64,000 bases of DNA, taken from positions 64,001 to 128,000 of IMG/VR virus record IMGVR_UViG_3300020733_000010. The stretch is one strand, 5' to 3'. Source of the DNA: a virus. This document shows positions 1 to 15,000 of this stretch, piece after piece. The notes under the pieces were generated by a model that saw only the letters and a program-made list of their open reading frames with translations, was not told the DNA's origin and made no database searches. The translations under genes were made by a program, and so were the position numbers. Numbering within the stretch: the stretch's first letter is position 1; the number at the start of each line of letters is the position of its first letter.

Positions 1-3000
1 CCACTGAACTAAACTTGACACGTTCACTACCGATTAAGATAATGTCACCTGTACCTAATGTGATTGTAACTTGATTACCTAAATCAACACTGTCTAAGAA
101 CACTACTGCCGGTTGACCGTCAATAATCTCAAAAGAGTAAGATCCTGAATCTAATTCAACTTGTCTTGATACATCATAAACTGTCAGATATTTCACATCT
201 TTTGGGTTACATTGAACATAAGCTAATAATGTACCATTACTTGAAACTACTGGTATTGTTTGTACTAATGTTGAAATAACGTTACTTACATTATTCAAAT
301 AGATTGTATTATCTGTTGCAACCAAGTCTTGAACTAACCATGTTCCATCACCTGGATTAGTTCTATAAACTTCTCCCATGTTTTGCTTATCTACTGTCAA
401 GATGAAACTTGATTCTCTAGGAGAAGCACCAGTCACCATTGCAGTTACAACTACAACATCATCATATTGAATATCAGTCAATATTGATAACTTATTACCT
501 GCATTGAATACTAGTAATGATGGATCAAGACGTTTACCGTTTACTGTTACCCATGTTCTATTACCATCTTGATAAACAATACTTGGCATAGTGCTTGGAA
601 CAGATGGGCTAGAAATAACAAGACTGTTACTGTCTAACCAACCAAAACCACCACCTAAATATGTGCTGATTGAATTACCTTGAACTGGTGTATTGAAGGT
701 GCTATCATGGTATAGATAAACGATTGAACTATCAGTTCCACTAACTTTTACATAGTACAAACTATTGTTCATTTCAATTGATCCATTCAATCCATTGAAA
801 CGCAATTCATTACCATTAGAGAATGAAGTGGTTCTATCAAATTTAACTTTTACCGGAGTAACTGTGTTATCAACATAAGTAATACCCCATACACCTACTG
901 TGACTGAGTATGTTGTTGATAGCCATTGTCTACTTGTACTATTGAATGTAGTCACGGCAATCAAGTCGTCAGCAGTTGCAAAACCAATTGTTAAACGTTG
1001 ACCGCTCAATGAATAATCAACACCCGGTACTAATCTTAATCCATTACGTTCAACAATCATGTTATTTGGATTAGCACCACCCACATAACCACTTAATGTA
1101 TATGGACCTGACCCAGTGAATACTTGTGTTTCAGGTATAGAATAGAAGAATTCTGTATTGTTTTCCGCAGTAATAGATGTTGTTAATATAGCAAACGTAA
1201 TATATGTTGTTGCGTTGTCATATACGGTGTTGAACACTAACTTCATTGAGTTATCCTCAGTAAAATCAATGTAATAATCAGTTTGGTAAACTTGTTTTTC
1301 ACCATTGATATACACTACAATATTTTCACGTCCAGTTGCATTGTCTGTGACAATTTCTTGATATTTGAAATCAAAGATAAAGCAAGAGTTTCCAGAAGCA
1401 GGATCTATTTGTAGTGGTAACAATTCATTGCTATTTCTAATCAGTTGACGACCGTCACCCACTTCATAGGCTTCAATCATAACTGATTGTGTTTTTGATA
1501 TACTAATACTCAATGTAACAACTTTTGTAACCCAATTCACACTATATGAGATTGTGCTATTTGCAGTAGTTACATTTTCATATATACGAGTTGCTAACTT
1601 TGTAGTGTCATCAATGATATATACACTGATTTGTGCAGGTGTGGCTGTAAGATTATCAAAATTTATTGACAAACTATTGTCCAATTTACCTACCATTGAT
1701 TGCATTAAGAAACCAGTATGACCATAATAGAAATGTGAAACTGAAGGAGCTAAGTCCCATGCACCTGCATTGTCTACATACATGTCCCAATAGCTTCCTG
1801 GACTAGTTTTAACTTTCATAGATAGGTTGTCAGAAATTAAACCTGCAACCATTTCTTCTGGTCCATAACCATATAAGAAGTCGCTACCTTGAACGACAAA
1901 ATTAGGTTCAGCATATTGTTGATTAGATACAATTGTCCATTGCGTTGCATTACGTGAACGCATTACTAAACCATAATCACCTGTTACATAGAAGTACGTT
2001 CCATCAAAATATACCTTAGTAAAGTTATATTGAGTCACATCACCTTTAATGTTATGAGTAGGAACTCCTGTAGACATTACGGTATATGAAACTCCGTCTA
2101 AACTGGTTAGAATAATTCCGTTATCACCTACAAGAACATATGTACTCAATCCATATGCAGCAGAACGGATAGTTTCTGTAGTGCTACCTGAAGTAATTTG
2201 TCCAGTTCCCCAGTTACTTCCATTCAAGCTGTAATATATACTTGCGTTTTCTCCAGCAACAATGATAGTAGAATTTGAATTTGTCACACAATATAATGTG
2301 TGTGAAGTTATATTAGGTACAAGTTTATTCCAAGTACCACTATTGTTGATTACAATTCTACCAAATTTTGTAATTGTTGGGGCGGCAGTTCCTGCGCCAC
2401 CTGTAACTTCATAACCAACACCAACTGCAATATAACCTATAAAGTGATTACTATTGATATATGCAATACCAAATAACTCATTGTCAAGTCTGCTACCAAA
2501 GTCAAACACACTATTAAATGTTATACCATCATTTGCATAGTAAATCTTTTTACCAACTACATAAATGTCAGCTCCATTAGTTGCAGTTGCATTCAACTGT
2601 ATTAGGTTTTCGATACTAATTGAACTATCGTCATATTCAATTCTGTCAAAGCCAATGTCGTCAAATTTAATCTGAGAACCCACAGTATTCCAAGAAACTC
2701 CGTCAAAACTTATGTATATTGGGCTACCTGTGTTTCGTGTTGTAATTGTATACTGAGCAAGAGAAGGTGAGTATGAGATATCAGTAATATTCAATAGTAT
2801 TTCTGATATCACATGTGATGTCCAATTCATACCATCACTGCTGATCCATATAACAGCATTTGTTTCACCGTTACCAACAGCAAAATAGTTGTATCCATTA
2901 TATACTATTGAAGTAATATTTGCATCACGTGGGAAGAACTGTGGATCTTTAACAATATAGTCGATAGGAATTTGTTCGTCGGGTGCAAAACTATTACCAT

Positions 3001-6000
3001 AATAGGTATCGTGAGGATAAGTAATGCCGTCAACTAATTGATATAAATCTTTTGCAGGCATGCTTGTAGTAGGAGCATAATATGCTACAATTCTGTCTAG
3101 TGCGTTTAATGCTCTATCATCACTGAACACAAATTGCCATTTGTTAATGTCAAATGTAGCATCATTGTTGCTTGATGTACATTTCCAAACTTGATTTTGA
3201 TAACTGACATAAGATGTTAGGTTATGTCTGTATATAATCTCACTTGTGAATGGCTCTGGAATAAAGAAATAGTCAGTTCCATATTGTCCATTGTATGCCA
3301 ATTGACTATATAGTAACGGGATATTGAATTCAGGGTCTGTGTATAACAACACTGAATCATTTTCTATCACACTCATATAATATTCGTCATAGCTCTTAAT
3401 AGCAACACCTTGCAAGTTATACAAGTATACGCCACCGTTAGAATCAGCACGTTCAATATTGATTGTTAAGTCGTTTACCCCAGAGAAGCTACCCAATAGT
3501 GATCCATCAATTACAATTGAACTACCGTCACTATAGATAGTTCCGGGATCAACAATCTTAATTGAGTATTGATTGCTCAAACGTTGGATATCAAATCTTG
3601 GGTAGTATACTTCAATCTTTGCACCACCTGCATTGTTCAGTGCAATAGGTGAAGATGATGTTGCTACTGTTTGTGTGTTATTAATTGTATATGTTCCAGT
3701 ACCACCTGTGCCCGTACCAAGACCAGTAATCTTGGTACCGGATGCAACACCAATACCATGAACTCCATCATTAATTGCCAATGTGCCATTAGTGACAGAT
3801 GTTACATATAATGTTGTTCCAACAATATATCCAGCAAAATGTTTAGTACCAGTATCATCATAAACATACGGATCTAATACACGATAGAAATATGCTTTAC
3901 GACCTTGAATTTGTCCTGGTTTAATTCCAGTAGTACCATAATCAAGTGTAACGACTGCATTATCATTATAGTTAACTGCACCAGTAATAGGTATTTCAAG
4001 ACCGTTACGACTGATTACGATTGGTGTTGGTTCTACCGCAGTAAATGATACTGTGTGTATTCCTGCAGTTAATGCCGGAGTACCATTTATATTAAATGTG
4101 GTGATTGCTCCTATACCTGAAACTGCGGTAACGGTTATAGTTGCATCGTTTGTACTTGCAATTCCACCTAAGTTAACACCATTGTATGTAATAATGTCGC
4201 CTACCTGATATCCAGTTCCAGCAGAGCCCGGTGCAATGATTGCAGTATACACAGAACCGTCAGTTGTTATATCAAAGAATGCTCCAGTACCTGTACCAGT
4301 TTGTGTATCACGGTTCAATCTATAATATGTAGTAGAAACAGCCGTAACCGTAATAGTCATATTATATGTAGGGTCTGTAGTTATATCTTGACCCAATTGT
4401 GAACCTAATATAGTAATAGTATCATTAACTTTATACCCAGAGCCTTGAGTCTCAATCACAATATTGTATTGACCGTTAGTTACTTGATATGCAATTAAGA
4501 ATTTCGCATTTTGTCCAGAACCACTGGTTGAATGTTGAGTCACCTCATATAGTATTGCTTCAGACAACGAATCAATTGCACTTGATGCATTTTTGGTATC
4601 ACTGAATACACTTGAATAATATGTGTTAGGTTGCCATGGTTGAACTAGTGAATTATAACTTGTGCGGTCAAAACGCAATGTTGTTGTTAATCCACGAACA
4701 CGAGAGTTAATCATTGAAACTTCTGCACGAACTGTTACACTGATTGTATATGAACTTGGAACACCATTAGATAACAATGTTAGTGGGTGCAATCCACTGA
4801 TACTTTCATGGTATACTTTGTGTAGTCTAATTAATGAACCGGTTGTGTCAGTTAAACCAACATTAGTAACTATGTGAACGTAATAGAATCCATCAGGAAC
4901 AACAATATTATTGCCTAGGTTAGCAAATTTAATCACATCACCTGTATTCAACGCTTGACTATAAACAAAGAATGTGTTACTGAAATAATCAATTTGTGCA
5001 TCAGTTACAGTTAATACTAAGCTAGGATCAACTATAATTTCAGGGGCAGTTACATATCCTTCACCTGAATCAATCACGTTAATAGCAATAACATTATCAG
5101 AACCTAATGTTGCAGTTAATATTGCTTCACGAGTTGGTGCTGGGTACTTAGTTGTATCAATATACGCTTTGACTTTTGGAATGTCTTGGTAATATTTGCC
5201 ACCGTATATAATAGTGACACCAGGAATATCCATATAAACATTAGAACCAGCAAAGTGTTCTGTTTGTACTGTGTTGTATAATGCACGAGATAAACCAGAT
5301 ACTTCACCAGTCTGTCTATTGACAGCAGTATATCCAACAAGCTCCTGATCTATTAACATTACGCCAATAGTTGGAAGACCAAACGCATTGTCAACAAACA
5401 CAAATGTGCTTACCCTTGATAGGTATGAAACTGTAGTACATACATTTACGAACGGTTCTGTAGAAATAGTTAAACCATAATTTGAGTACCAATCAACATA
5501 TGAACTATCATTCCACACTGAATCTGTTGGTAAGAATGTTGATGTTTCATCAGCATTTTGATACACTAACTCAGGAGTAGTATATTTGTAGAGGCTAGTA
5601 TTATATTTTGCAGGTAAGTCAAAGTCTGAAACTGCTGCACCTTCAACATCAATACCAGTGTAACGTTGATTGAATGACTTAATCACTGCACGGTATGGTT
5701 TAACTTCGTCAATATACCCTTCTAAGAACTGAATGTTATCAGTTTGGTAGTTAGGGTATTGAATCAATTGACGAACAGTATAATCTACGTCAACTAAACT
5801 AGTTTTAGTCAACCATGGAATATAGTTACCATTATTTGCTGCTTCACTTTGAATGTATTCAAACAACAATATCAAACCTTGATTGCGATATGTTAATAAC
5901 TCACCAATAAAGATTTGCTCATTGATAGCACGTAAAACATAGAATGTTTCAACACTTGGATATGCATCAAATGCAATATTATCAAAGAATGTATCACCGT

Positions 6001-9000
6001 ATCCAACTTGTGCAGTAGGGTAATCATACAATAGACTTGAGAACTGTATTGTTCCATTTTCTACACCAATACGAGTCCATATATTTGAAGTCATTGAGTA
6101 TTGATATACTTCACGAAGACCTACACCGTTTTTAGTTACACCCACAATCAATCCATCTTTTAATTTAGTGATTGCAAGTAAATCAGTATGTGTAGGAACT
6201 TCATATGCAGTTTTTGTTGTGTTATCAAATCCTGTTGCCCACCAGTAAGTGTAACTCCAGTAATTTGTTGTGTTTCCTACAGACAAGAATGAAAGTGTGT
6301 CATATTCAGTGATAGGATATTGTGCAACAATTGAATTTACGAATTCAATGTAATTTTTCAACGCGGATAATCTATCAATAAACATGCTTTGTCTTGGGCG
6401 AACACTTGTACCAAACTGTGCTATTTTAGGTAGCGATGGATCAGGAACTGTGTTACCGTAAACGTCAGCACCGCACAAACTATCTAAAAGTTTACTGTAT
6501 AATCCATCAGGATCTGTGTACCCTTTAACTGCGTCAGGGAAACCAGTCAAGAAATCTTCATCATATCCATCACGTATGAGTTTAAATGATTGATGTGGTA
6601 CTGTTTCTGCACTACCGCTACTAAATGATAGATATAAGTTGCTGTTAGTACTATTGATATAACTACTTGAATTATACAATCCAAAAACACTAGAACTTAA
6701 TCCTGCAAAGTATGAAACACCTGAACTTTGCGGGTCATTAATATATTGTTCTAATGTAGAATCAGTTAGTCTCTTACCTTGTTCACTGAACAAAGTACTA
6801 GTGTTTCTCACCCAAAAATAATATCTAGGAACAAGAACTTCATTTGCATCAACACCATACACAATGCTGAATTTACCAAAGTCATATGGTGTTCCTGGTC
6901 CTGAATAGAATGCCGGTAGAACATCACTCTCAGCCCATGAGTAAACCGCAACATTACTTCCTGGGAAAACTTTACCCCAATATCTGCTGTTGTAGATTAA
7001 ATCTGTGTGGTGATAGTAAAGGAAACGAACATTAGAAATGTCGAACCAAAGTTTTCCAACCATTGATTCGCCCCAATAACCACTTCCGTTACTTATATTA
7101 GGGATATTGTATCCTGCAGGATCAACGCTTGTGATGTAGTCTAAGTTTTCTCTAACCACACCCATTATCTTACCTTGTAGAGGATCAAAGTAGTCTAATG
7201 GAGCTAGATCAGAATTGGTGATGTTATCATATATTTGAACTTTTTCAATCTTGTTGATGTCAACAATATCACCGGCATGTCTATAAACACTCCAGTCTTG
7301 CGTGTTAGATGTTGAATTTTCAAAGATATACGCAGTACCAGCAGTTGTTGATGGTTTATAGTTAGGTGCACCAACAATGACTTTTGAAGTATTGAAGTCT
7401 AACGCCATACCATAACCTGGACTTGATCCATAATTCAAATCATTGTCACTCAATGCTTGTGCAAAGATATATTGACCCATTTGACCAGCGCTTGATAATG
7501 TCTCGTTATAACTTGGCAAATAGTCAAACATATAAACACTGCCTGCTTCAAGTAATGAATCTTCAAACACTGTAAAGTTATTATCAAACACAGTATTATT
7601 GTGACTGTTATCACCGGTATAATCAAACAATGTTCCCAACATACGATCATTTGCAGGAGCACTTACTACCAATGATGTATACTCATTGTGAGCCATTGCA
7701 AGACCAAATTGTGAACGTTGTTGTGGGTACGGTGACTTGATAATTTGTGTCTTGGTATATAACTCTAATCCCAAGTATGTTAATAAGTTAGGAGTAAATG
7801 TTACAATATCAAGTTTGTCATTAATTGTGCCCAATTCATTTTTCAACAATCTAATAACTAAACGACCGTCATTGGTCACATATGCTAAAACGTTAGGAAC
7901 ATTTGTATTATTAATACTATTTGCAATAGCATAAACATCACCTGCCGGAATAGGTACTTGATATCCGTTCAATAGTACATATGTATCACTTTGAGTTGAT
8001 GTGTCGGCTCCAATGACACCGGTCAATGTTCCAAACTTTTTACCTTCACAAGTAAAGCGATATACGGTTCCTTCATTAGTATGATCCAATGAATCAAATG
8101 GTGCTGAAACAAAGAACTCACTTCCTGAGTTGTTTGACACAATACTATATCCAAATTGTGAACCAGCAATAACTTGGCTTGAACCACCTACATCATAAGC
8201 AGAATATTCAACTGCAAGTCTAAAGTTTACTGAACTTAATTTAACAATGTCACCTGCCTTTAATGTCAATGCTCTACTGTTCAAGAATATCATCTTGTTT
8301 GCAATTATTTCATAATGGTTAGTTGCAATTTCAACATCATTGATGTATACCTTGCTTCCAGGATATACTGTGCCACTATCTGCTGTATAAACAGTGACTG
8401 GGTCAAATGCATAATAGAAGTTTGCAAATAGACCCGGTACTGCATCATATTGCATTGAAATATTTTCAACTACTCTATCATATACAAACATAGTACCAGT
8501 ACTTTGAATTGTATGTGACTCATCAACAACATAATTGTATGTTGGTGCACCTACAAACAATCTACTACCATCATAATTTGTTGCCAAACTATAACCAAAG
8601 CTCATTGATGGACCTGATTGTGCTAGTCCACTCATTTGTATCCAGTTAGGGACATAAGCAGCATCAACTATTTCATATGTAAAGTTAAAATTAGTATATG
8701 CAGCATAGACTTCTGATCCAGATGTGTATGAGGCTGTAATTGGTTCAACAGTATAGAATGTAGTGTTTGTACCATCATATGAACTTGTTATAACTGTGTA
8801 AACAGTTTGATAGGGTGTGTTGTTAAACGCAACTCTTGTTCCTGAAGCAATCGAATCAACATGGTCTCCTAATGCAATAAATTGTTTTTGTCCAACAGTT
8901 GTTGCACTTGCTAATTGAATACCTTGATCCATGTATACAAAATCAGGTTCTTTGACGTATGGTATTATTAAACCGTAGTATATTAGGTTCGTGTATAAGA

Positions 9001-12000
9001 AGTTGTTGTCACCTGAAATTGCCATCGCTTGACCCAAATGACTTTGACCACCTGTACTGGTTGCTGCCGGGTCATCATCAGGTGTGTCCGAGACAAGTAT
9101 AACTTGTTCTTCAACTAATACTTTTGAGCCATTCAAATCAGCAATACGGTAAATATAAACCTTACCATTGTATGTGCCATTGTCACTTATTACAACAAAA
9201 TCATCACTATGAACAATTGTATATCCAAATTGTGAAGTATTAGTAAATGTGTGACTGTGACCAACACTGTCTGTTATAGTTTCAGGTGCATCAGTTGTTG
9301 GATGTATAATGGTCTGTGTTATCGCAAAAGCGCCAGGACTAATTTCTGTTTGTACATAAATTTTACCTGCGTTTGGATCACCAATAATATATCCTAATCC
9401 ATCAATATACGCAACACTTTTACCAAAGTTGCCATTAGCAGCTCCCGGTATCAATTTAGTGTATGCAGCTTTTTGATAGTTTAATTCCTTTTTGTATGTG
9501 ACCCAGTTTCCATTTTGATCTTGATCTACCCATACTGTGTCGGGTACATAACTGTTGTTCAATAAAGGTAGATACGGAATTGCGTTTGCTTTATCAACAC
9601 GGTGTGATTGCATCTTACACAATATACCATTACCTAAAATAGAAGTTACACTTGACGCTAATGCTGAACCTACAATAACTGTGGTTGTGTCAGGGATACT
9701 ATTGATTGTATAAAAACCATCAATTCTGCTATCAAAATTGATAATACTGATTGCATCAGTTTTAGACAAGTTATGGTCTCCACTGAACTTCAACGCAATA
9801 GTACCATTCAAATTATTAATGACAACGGTCAGTGTAACATTCGCTGAGATAGGTGTATACACTTGCCATTGATTATTTTGATTTGCTACCCAAATATAAT
9901 CATTCTTATAGATAGCATTAGGGTTTGTTGTTGCATTTAAGTTAGCTACAGTGTAACCTAACGAGTACATGTCATTCAAATGAACATATCCTGCACTTGG
10001 TAAACTTTCTAATGAGTCAGATGCCAACACTGGCAATACGTTTGGACTAGTGATAGAACGACTATAGTTTGCTAAGTTAGTTAACGGAACTGCTTGCTGA
10101 ATACTTGCGTCTTGTGTACTTTGTACCAATCCAACAATACTAGGATTACCACTTAGTTTAGTCTCATCAAGAGTGACCTCAACAAAGTTTTTGTTTAGAA
10201 TACCACCAAACTCACTATTCTTAATTCCCCAGTTTTCATAAATGTTGTATGCAACAATATTTTTTTGTAGTGTTGCACCATTCAACATATCAGCACCTAG
10301 GGCAGTACCTTTGGTGGTTAGCATGTTTTTATAAACATTTACCTGTGTATCATCATCTAAACTTGCACTTGCTAAATAGTCTCTTGGTCTATAGCCAATA
10401 ACACTAAAGCCCAACAAGTCTCCATCACTTTCTAAGTTGGCTTGATGTACATCTCCATACTTAAGAGCTTCTGCGGATTTTGTACTTGGGTTGGCTAGTA
10501 GTCCTTTGTGAATCTTGTTATATGGATTTTGTATCCAAAGTGATGCATCAAACGTAGGTGATGGTAAGATAGTTTGAACATTTGCAAGATAATAATTGTT
10601 CTTGTATTTGACCATGTCACCTTTAGTATAACGTTGATTAGATTGCCATTCAGTTACATTGTCTTGGTTAATCATGAAGCCAGGAGCATTCATTGTACCA
10701 TCCCAATTAGCAGTCTTTGTTCCCTTAACAATCAATCGTTGTTGGCGTAATCCTGTAATAGGATTAAAGATAGTATCATTAAAAATTGTAGTATTATCAA
10801 AAATTACCACATGCTCAATGTTGCTGATATTTCCAGTAAAGAATGCAACAGTATCACCGGCATTCAATGGTTTGGCACTGAACAATGAACCTTTACGGTA
10901 AATTGCTAAATCTTTTGTTTGGATAGCTATCAAATTTTGATTCAGAATATAGTTCTGTTGTTTGTTTGTTAGTGGTTGAACTACAAAATTTGGTTTGTTA
11001 ATAGTGATAATATTAGCGCATGGGTTAACGTTAACCGTGCTACCCACTTCCCAATCTGACTGTGTCCAATATAGTAACTCAGCAAGCATCTGATTCCAGT
11101 TTAGTTCTAAACTGTTTTCGATATCAGTGAATTGCATACCTTGATTAATTAAATATTGACCATAACCCTTAATAAACTGACTTAGTGTTTCAATCGAATC
11201 AAATTCAGTTGCGTAGGGGGTGACAATGATACTGTCAGTAAAGTCTTTACTAACAGCTAGTGTCTCGTTATTAACTGTGATATTATCATAGTTACCGTTA
11301 AACTTGGGAACTAAACTTAAAAAATATGCCTTAGTTTGACTATTGCCAAATACTTTATATCCAGCTTGAGATTTTTGAACAATGATAGAACTATACGTAA
11401 TTGTATCTTTAGGTTGGTTAGTGTGTAATTTAATCTTGTAACTATCGTCGGGTATCAATAATGAGTTACTAGTACTGTTTGGGCTTGCTTTTTCTGCATA
11501 GAATCGTAATTGATTTTGGTCACTAAATCCAGCAAGGCGATATGTTAATCTAACATCAACACCTAAGAAAATATTCTTAACAACTGCACTAGCATCAATA
11601 CCTTTTTGGAATTCAAAATCAATGATCCAATTCATTAAACTATGTTGTGCTGAATTTTCACTTGCACCATATAAATTTATGTTACTCAATGATCCTCTAA
11701 ATCTATTATAAACCAAATATTGATTAAACTCAGTGTTGTAGCGATAAACATCAAGGTCAATACCCATAGTAAAGAACATTGCAGGACGAGTCAAAGCGAA
11801 CAGACGCATCAAGTCAAATGCCCATGTGCTACTCTTACGATATGCATACTCAGCAGGTCCAACATCACCATAGTTCCATACATTATTGAATGTGGTTCTG
11901 TCATAATTTGCAACAACTGTTTCAAAAGGACTTAATAATTTACCTTGATTATCTACTGGAAGAATATCAAGTAATCCTGGACGGACACGTTTTGTGTTGA

Positions 12001-15000
12001 TGTAAGGATTACCATCATTGTAAACATAACCATTACTGATATCTGTCCACAATACTGTGTTGTCGCTTGTATATGGTGCTGCACCGTAACGACTATCCCA
12101 CCAAGTTGGTTTATCAGCAAAGCCTAACATTTCCCATGGACGTGTGTCTGGATTCGCAGTGTCATAGTACCATAGATAGATACCACGCCAGTTACCTTGT
12201 AAAAACTTTGTATCATCTAGTTTATTTGTGCAACTACTATAATTCCATGTATATTCATTTGTACTACTGTAGTTTTGACTTACGTAATTGATACGATTCA
12301 ACCCAACCCAGTTCAAGAATTGAATACTATACATTTGCATAATTTGATCTTGTGTATAGTCTGTTGTTCTAAATGCACCCGGCATAATATCATCAAACTC
12401 TAGTGGAATCTTAGCGTTGACTTTAATGTTATTATAGACACGTGTTTCAAATTCAAACAACGCACGATCACGGAAATCTTGTAGATATCCATCAATGTAA
12501 TCGCCGTATAATTTACTGTATGATCCATCATGTCCTTTAATAAAGTATGTTGGATTTTGATATGTTGTATCATATACAACTTCTGGTTTAAACTTTGGAT
12601 ATAGTCCAACTTTACTTGGTGTGTTTGGTACAAAGTTACCATAAGTTTGATAATATTCTTTGACAGTTATAGTATCATTAGTTTGTAAAGGTGTTGTTAT
12701 TGTTAAACTTGCAGTTGTATCTGAGATTTCATAATCAACACCGAGGATCATTTGTATTGTTTTTGGATTATTATTTACAGTTCTTGTAACGTATACCAAT
12801 ACACTGTTGTAGTTTGCGTTGTTGAAATCATAGATTTTTGATAAAGGAAACAATGATTTGTCGATTCCAATTTTAAAGTTATATGATTTGGTTACGCTTG
12901 CATTCTTGCAAGGCAACATGTCGCTCCAAAAGAAAGGAGTTCCATTGCTCTTAACACTTGTAATGATATCCATTGCGGTATCAAGTATATCTGCGTCTGA
13001 TTGCAGTATATCAAAGTCATTGTCATGTACCGTGTTAATCAATAATGCCTTAAATTTTTCGTATTCGATTGCATTAAAACGCAATGAATCAAATAGGTTT
13101 GTATCTTGTTGGCGTAAAAATCCAGCAACAGCGGCAAGCGTTGAACTGTTCTGGATTATCTTTGTTCCATAAGGAACTCTATTGCCTAAATCTCTAAAGT
13201 TATTTGGACCAAACGCAATGCCTGATAACTCAGGGGTATTGTTACAAATACTCTTATAATGACTTCTAATATCTCCTAAGTTAATAGTAGTTATTTCACT
13301 ATTGAATGGGTTCTGATCCAAATTAGATGGAATTTCATAGTATCCAGTTTTACTTACTTGGTCACTATAAATCATAACAGTGACTGGAATGTTTGGCGTA
13401 ATTTGATTTGAACTAAATGTAATTGTTGTAGAATTACTAGAAACTACGTATGTGTATTGGCTACTATCAAGTCTTGCATTATCTAAGTAAACAACAAGTG
13501 ACGGCCATTGTGTATCCATTTTGGCTGCAATATCAAATGTATATGACAACTCACCTAAGCTAGTTGAAGGTGTGAAAATTTGATATTGGAAGCTTTCTTC
13601 AGTAGCAGTTTGCCAACCAATTTCTCTTACATAGTTTGTTCTATCACTGTAGTTATACACGTACCCTACATTAACTGCCTGATTTGTTGCAGCATTGTTG
13701 TATACAAAATTAAAGGTGTCAGTGTTGATACTAACGCTAAAATTAATATCACCTATGTTGTTTACTGAACTATATGAGATTGGAAATCCTAATACAGAAT
13801 CATCAACTCCTGTACCAGGTGTATATTCAAACAATGAACAACCAGTAAAGTCGCTTGCATTATAATAGTCGGTGTTTCCAAAACTGATACCATTTGAGTC
13901 AAACAAATCAAACTTTGGTGCTTGATTAATTTCAGTTTTTGACTGTCCTAAATTCCAATTAGAGCCGTCAAAGTATATAGTAGATCCAGTATATTGTGAA
14001 CCTTTCATTACTACAGTTTGTTCGTCAAACACGCTATCACCATCGTCTGCTTTACTCAACGAAATGAATGGTGTAGTTATAGTAGAAGTAGTTATGAACT
14101 TGACAACATAAATTGTCTTACGTACATTAACATCATTGTCGCCAGCAAAAATAACTCTTGCACCATCAAACAATGAACTTGCATCTCCGTCAGGAGCAAA
14201 ACTAGTTTGACCCGCAACTTGATTGAATGCATCTGTTACCGTAAAGTTTACGTAATCAACTGGGCGTTTGCTTTGAGTGCCTGATTTAAATAATCTTAAG
14301 TTTGGATAGAACTCAATGATAGGACGTTTTGCTCTACTATTGATATCTGCTAATGCTGCACTTGAGATTGGACTAGAAACTGTATTTGCAATAGTTGTCT
14401 TCAACACATCAATGTGGAACCAACGATTGCTACGACTCCAACTGTTTCTGTTGATGGCGTTTCTATTGATAGTCAAATAGTCAGGATATAATGGAACGTT
14501 AGTTGAATCATTATATTGCTGTGTGTCAAAGGCAGTTTCATCAAATGTGTTATTATAACTTTGACCATATGTTTCAGGAACTGTCAATTCAGTTGTAGGT
14601 ATTAAGTTGATACTTGTACCAACACCTTCAACATAATAAGTACCTTGAATAAATTTTTCAGGGTACACATCGCCAATAAATTGAACTTTCAATCCATTGG
14701 TAAATTTAATTCCTCCAACAGTTGTAGTATACTCTTTTTTACTCAAAATTTCTTTTTCAACATCAATGCTAAACTGATTTGTTTGGTCAACAATTTTTAT
14801 CTTACCAACTTTGTATGGGTCAGATCCGTCTTGATAATATAGTGTATCTAAGTTTGCAGTTGGTAATGGAATCAAAATGATTTCACCAACTGAATTTTTA
14901 ACAAAGTTTCTACCAGCAAATCCTGTACCATACTTGATGGTAATTTTTTGATTATCAGGAATAACGCCAGCTTCAGTTAATGTAATAATTGGATCTGCAG

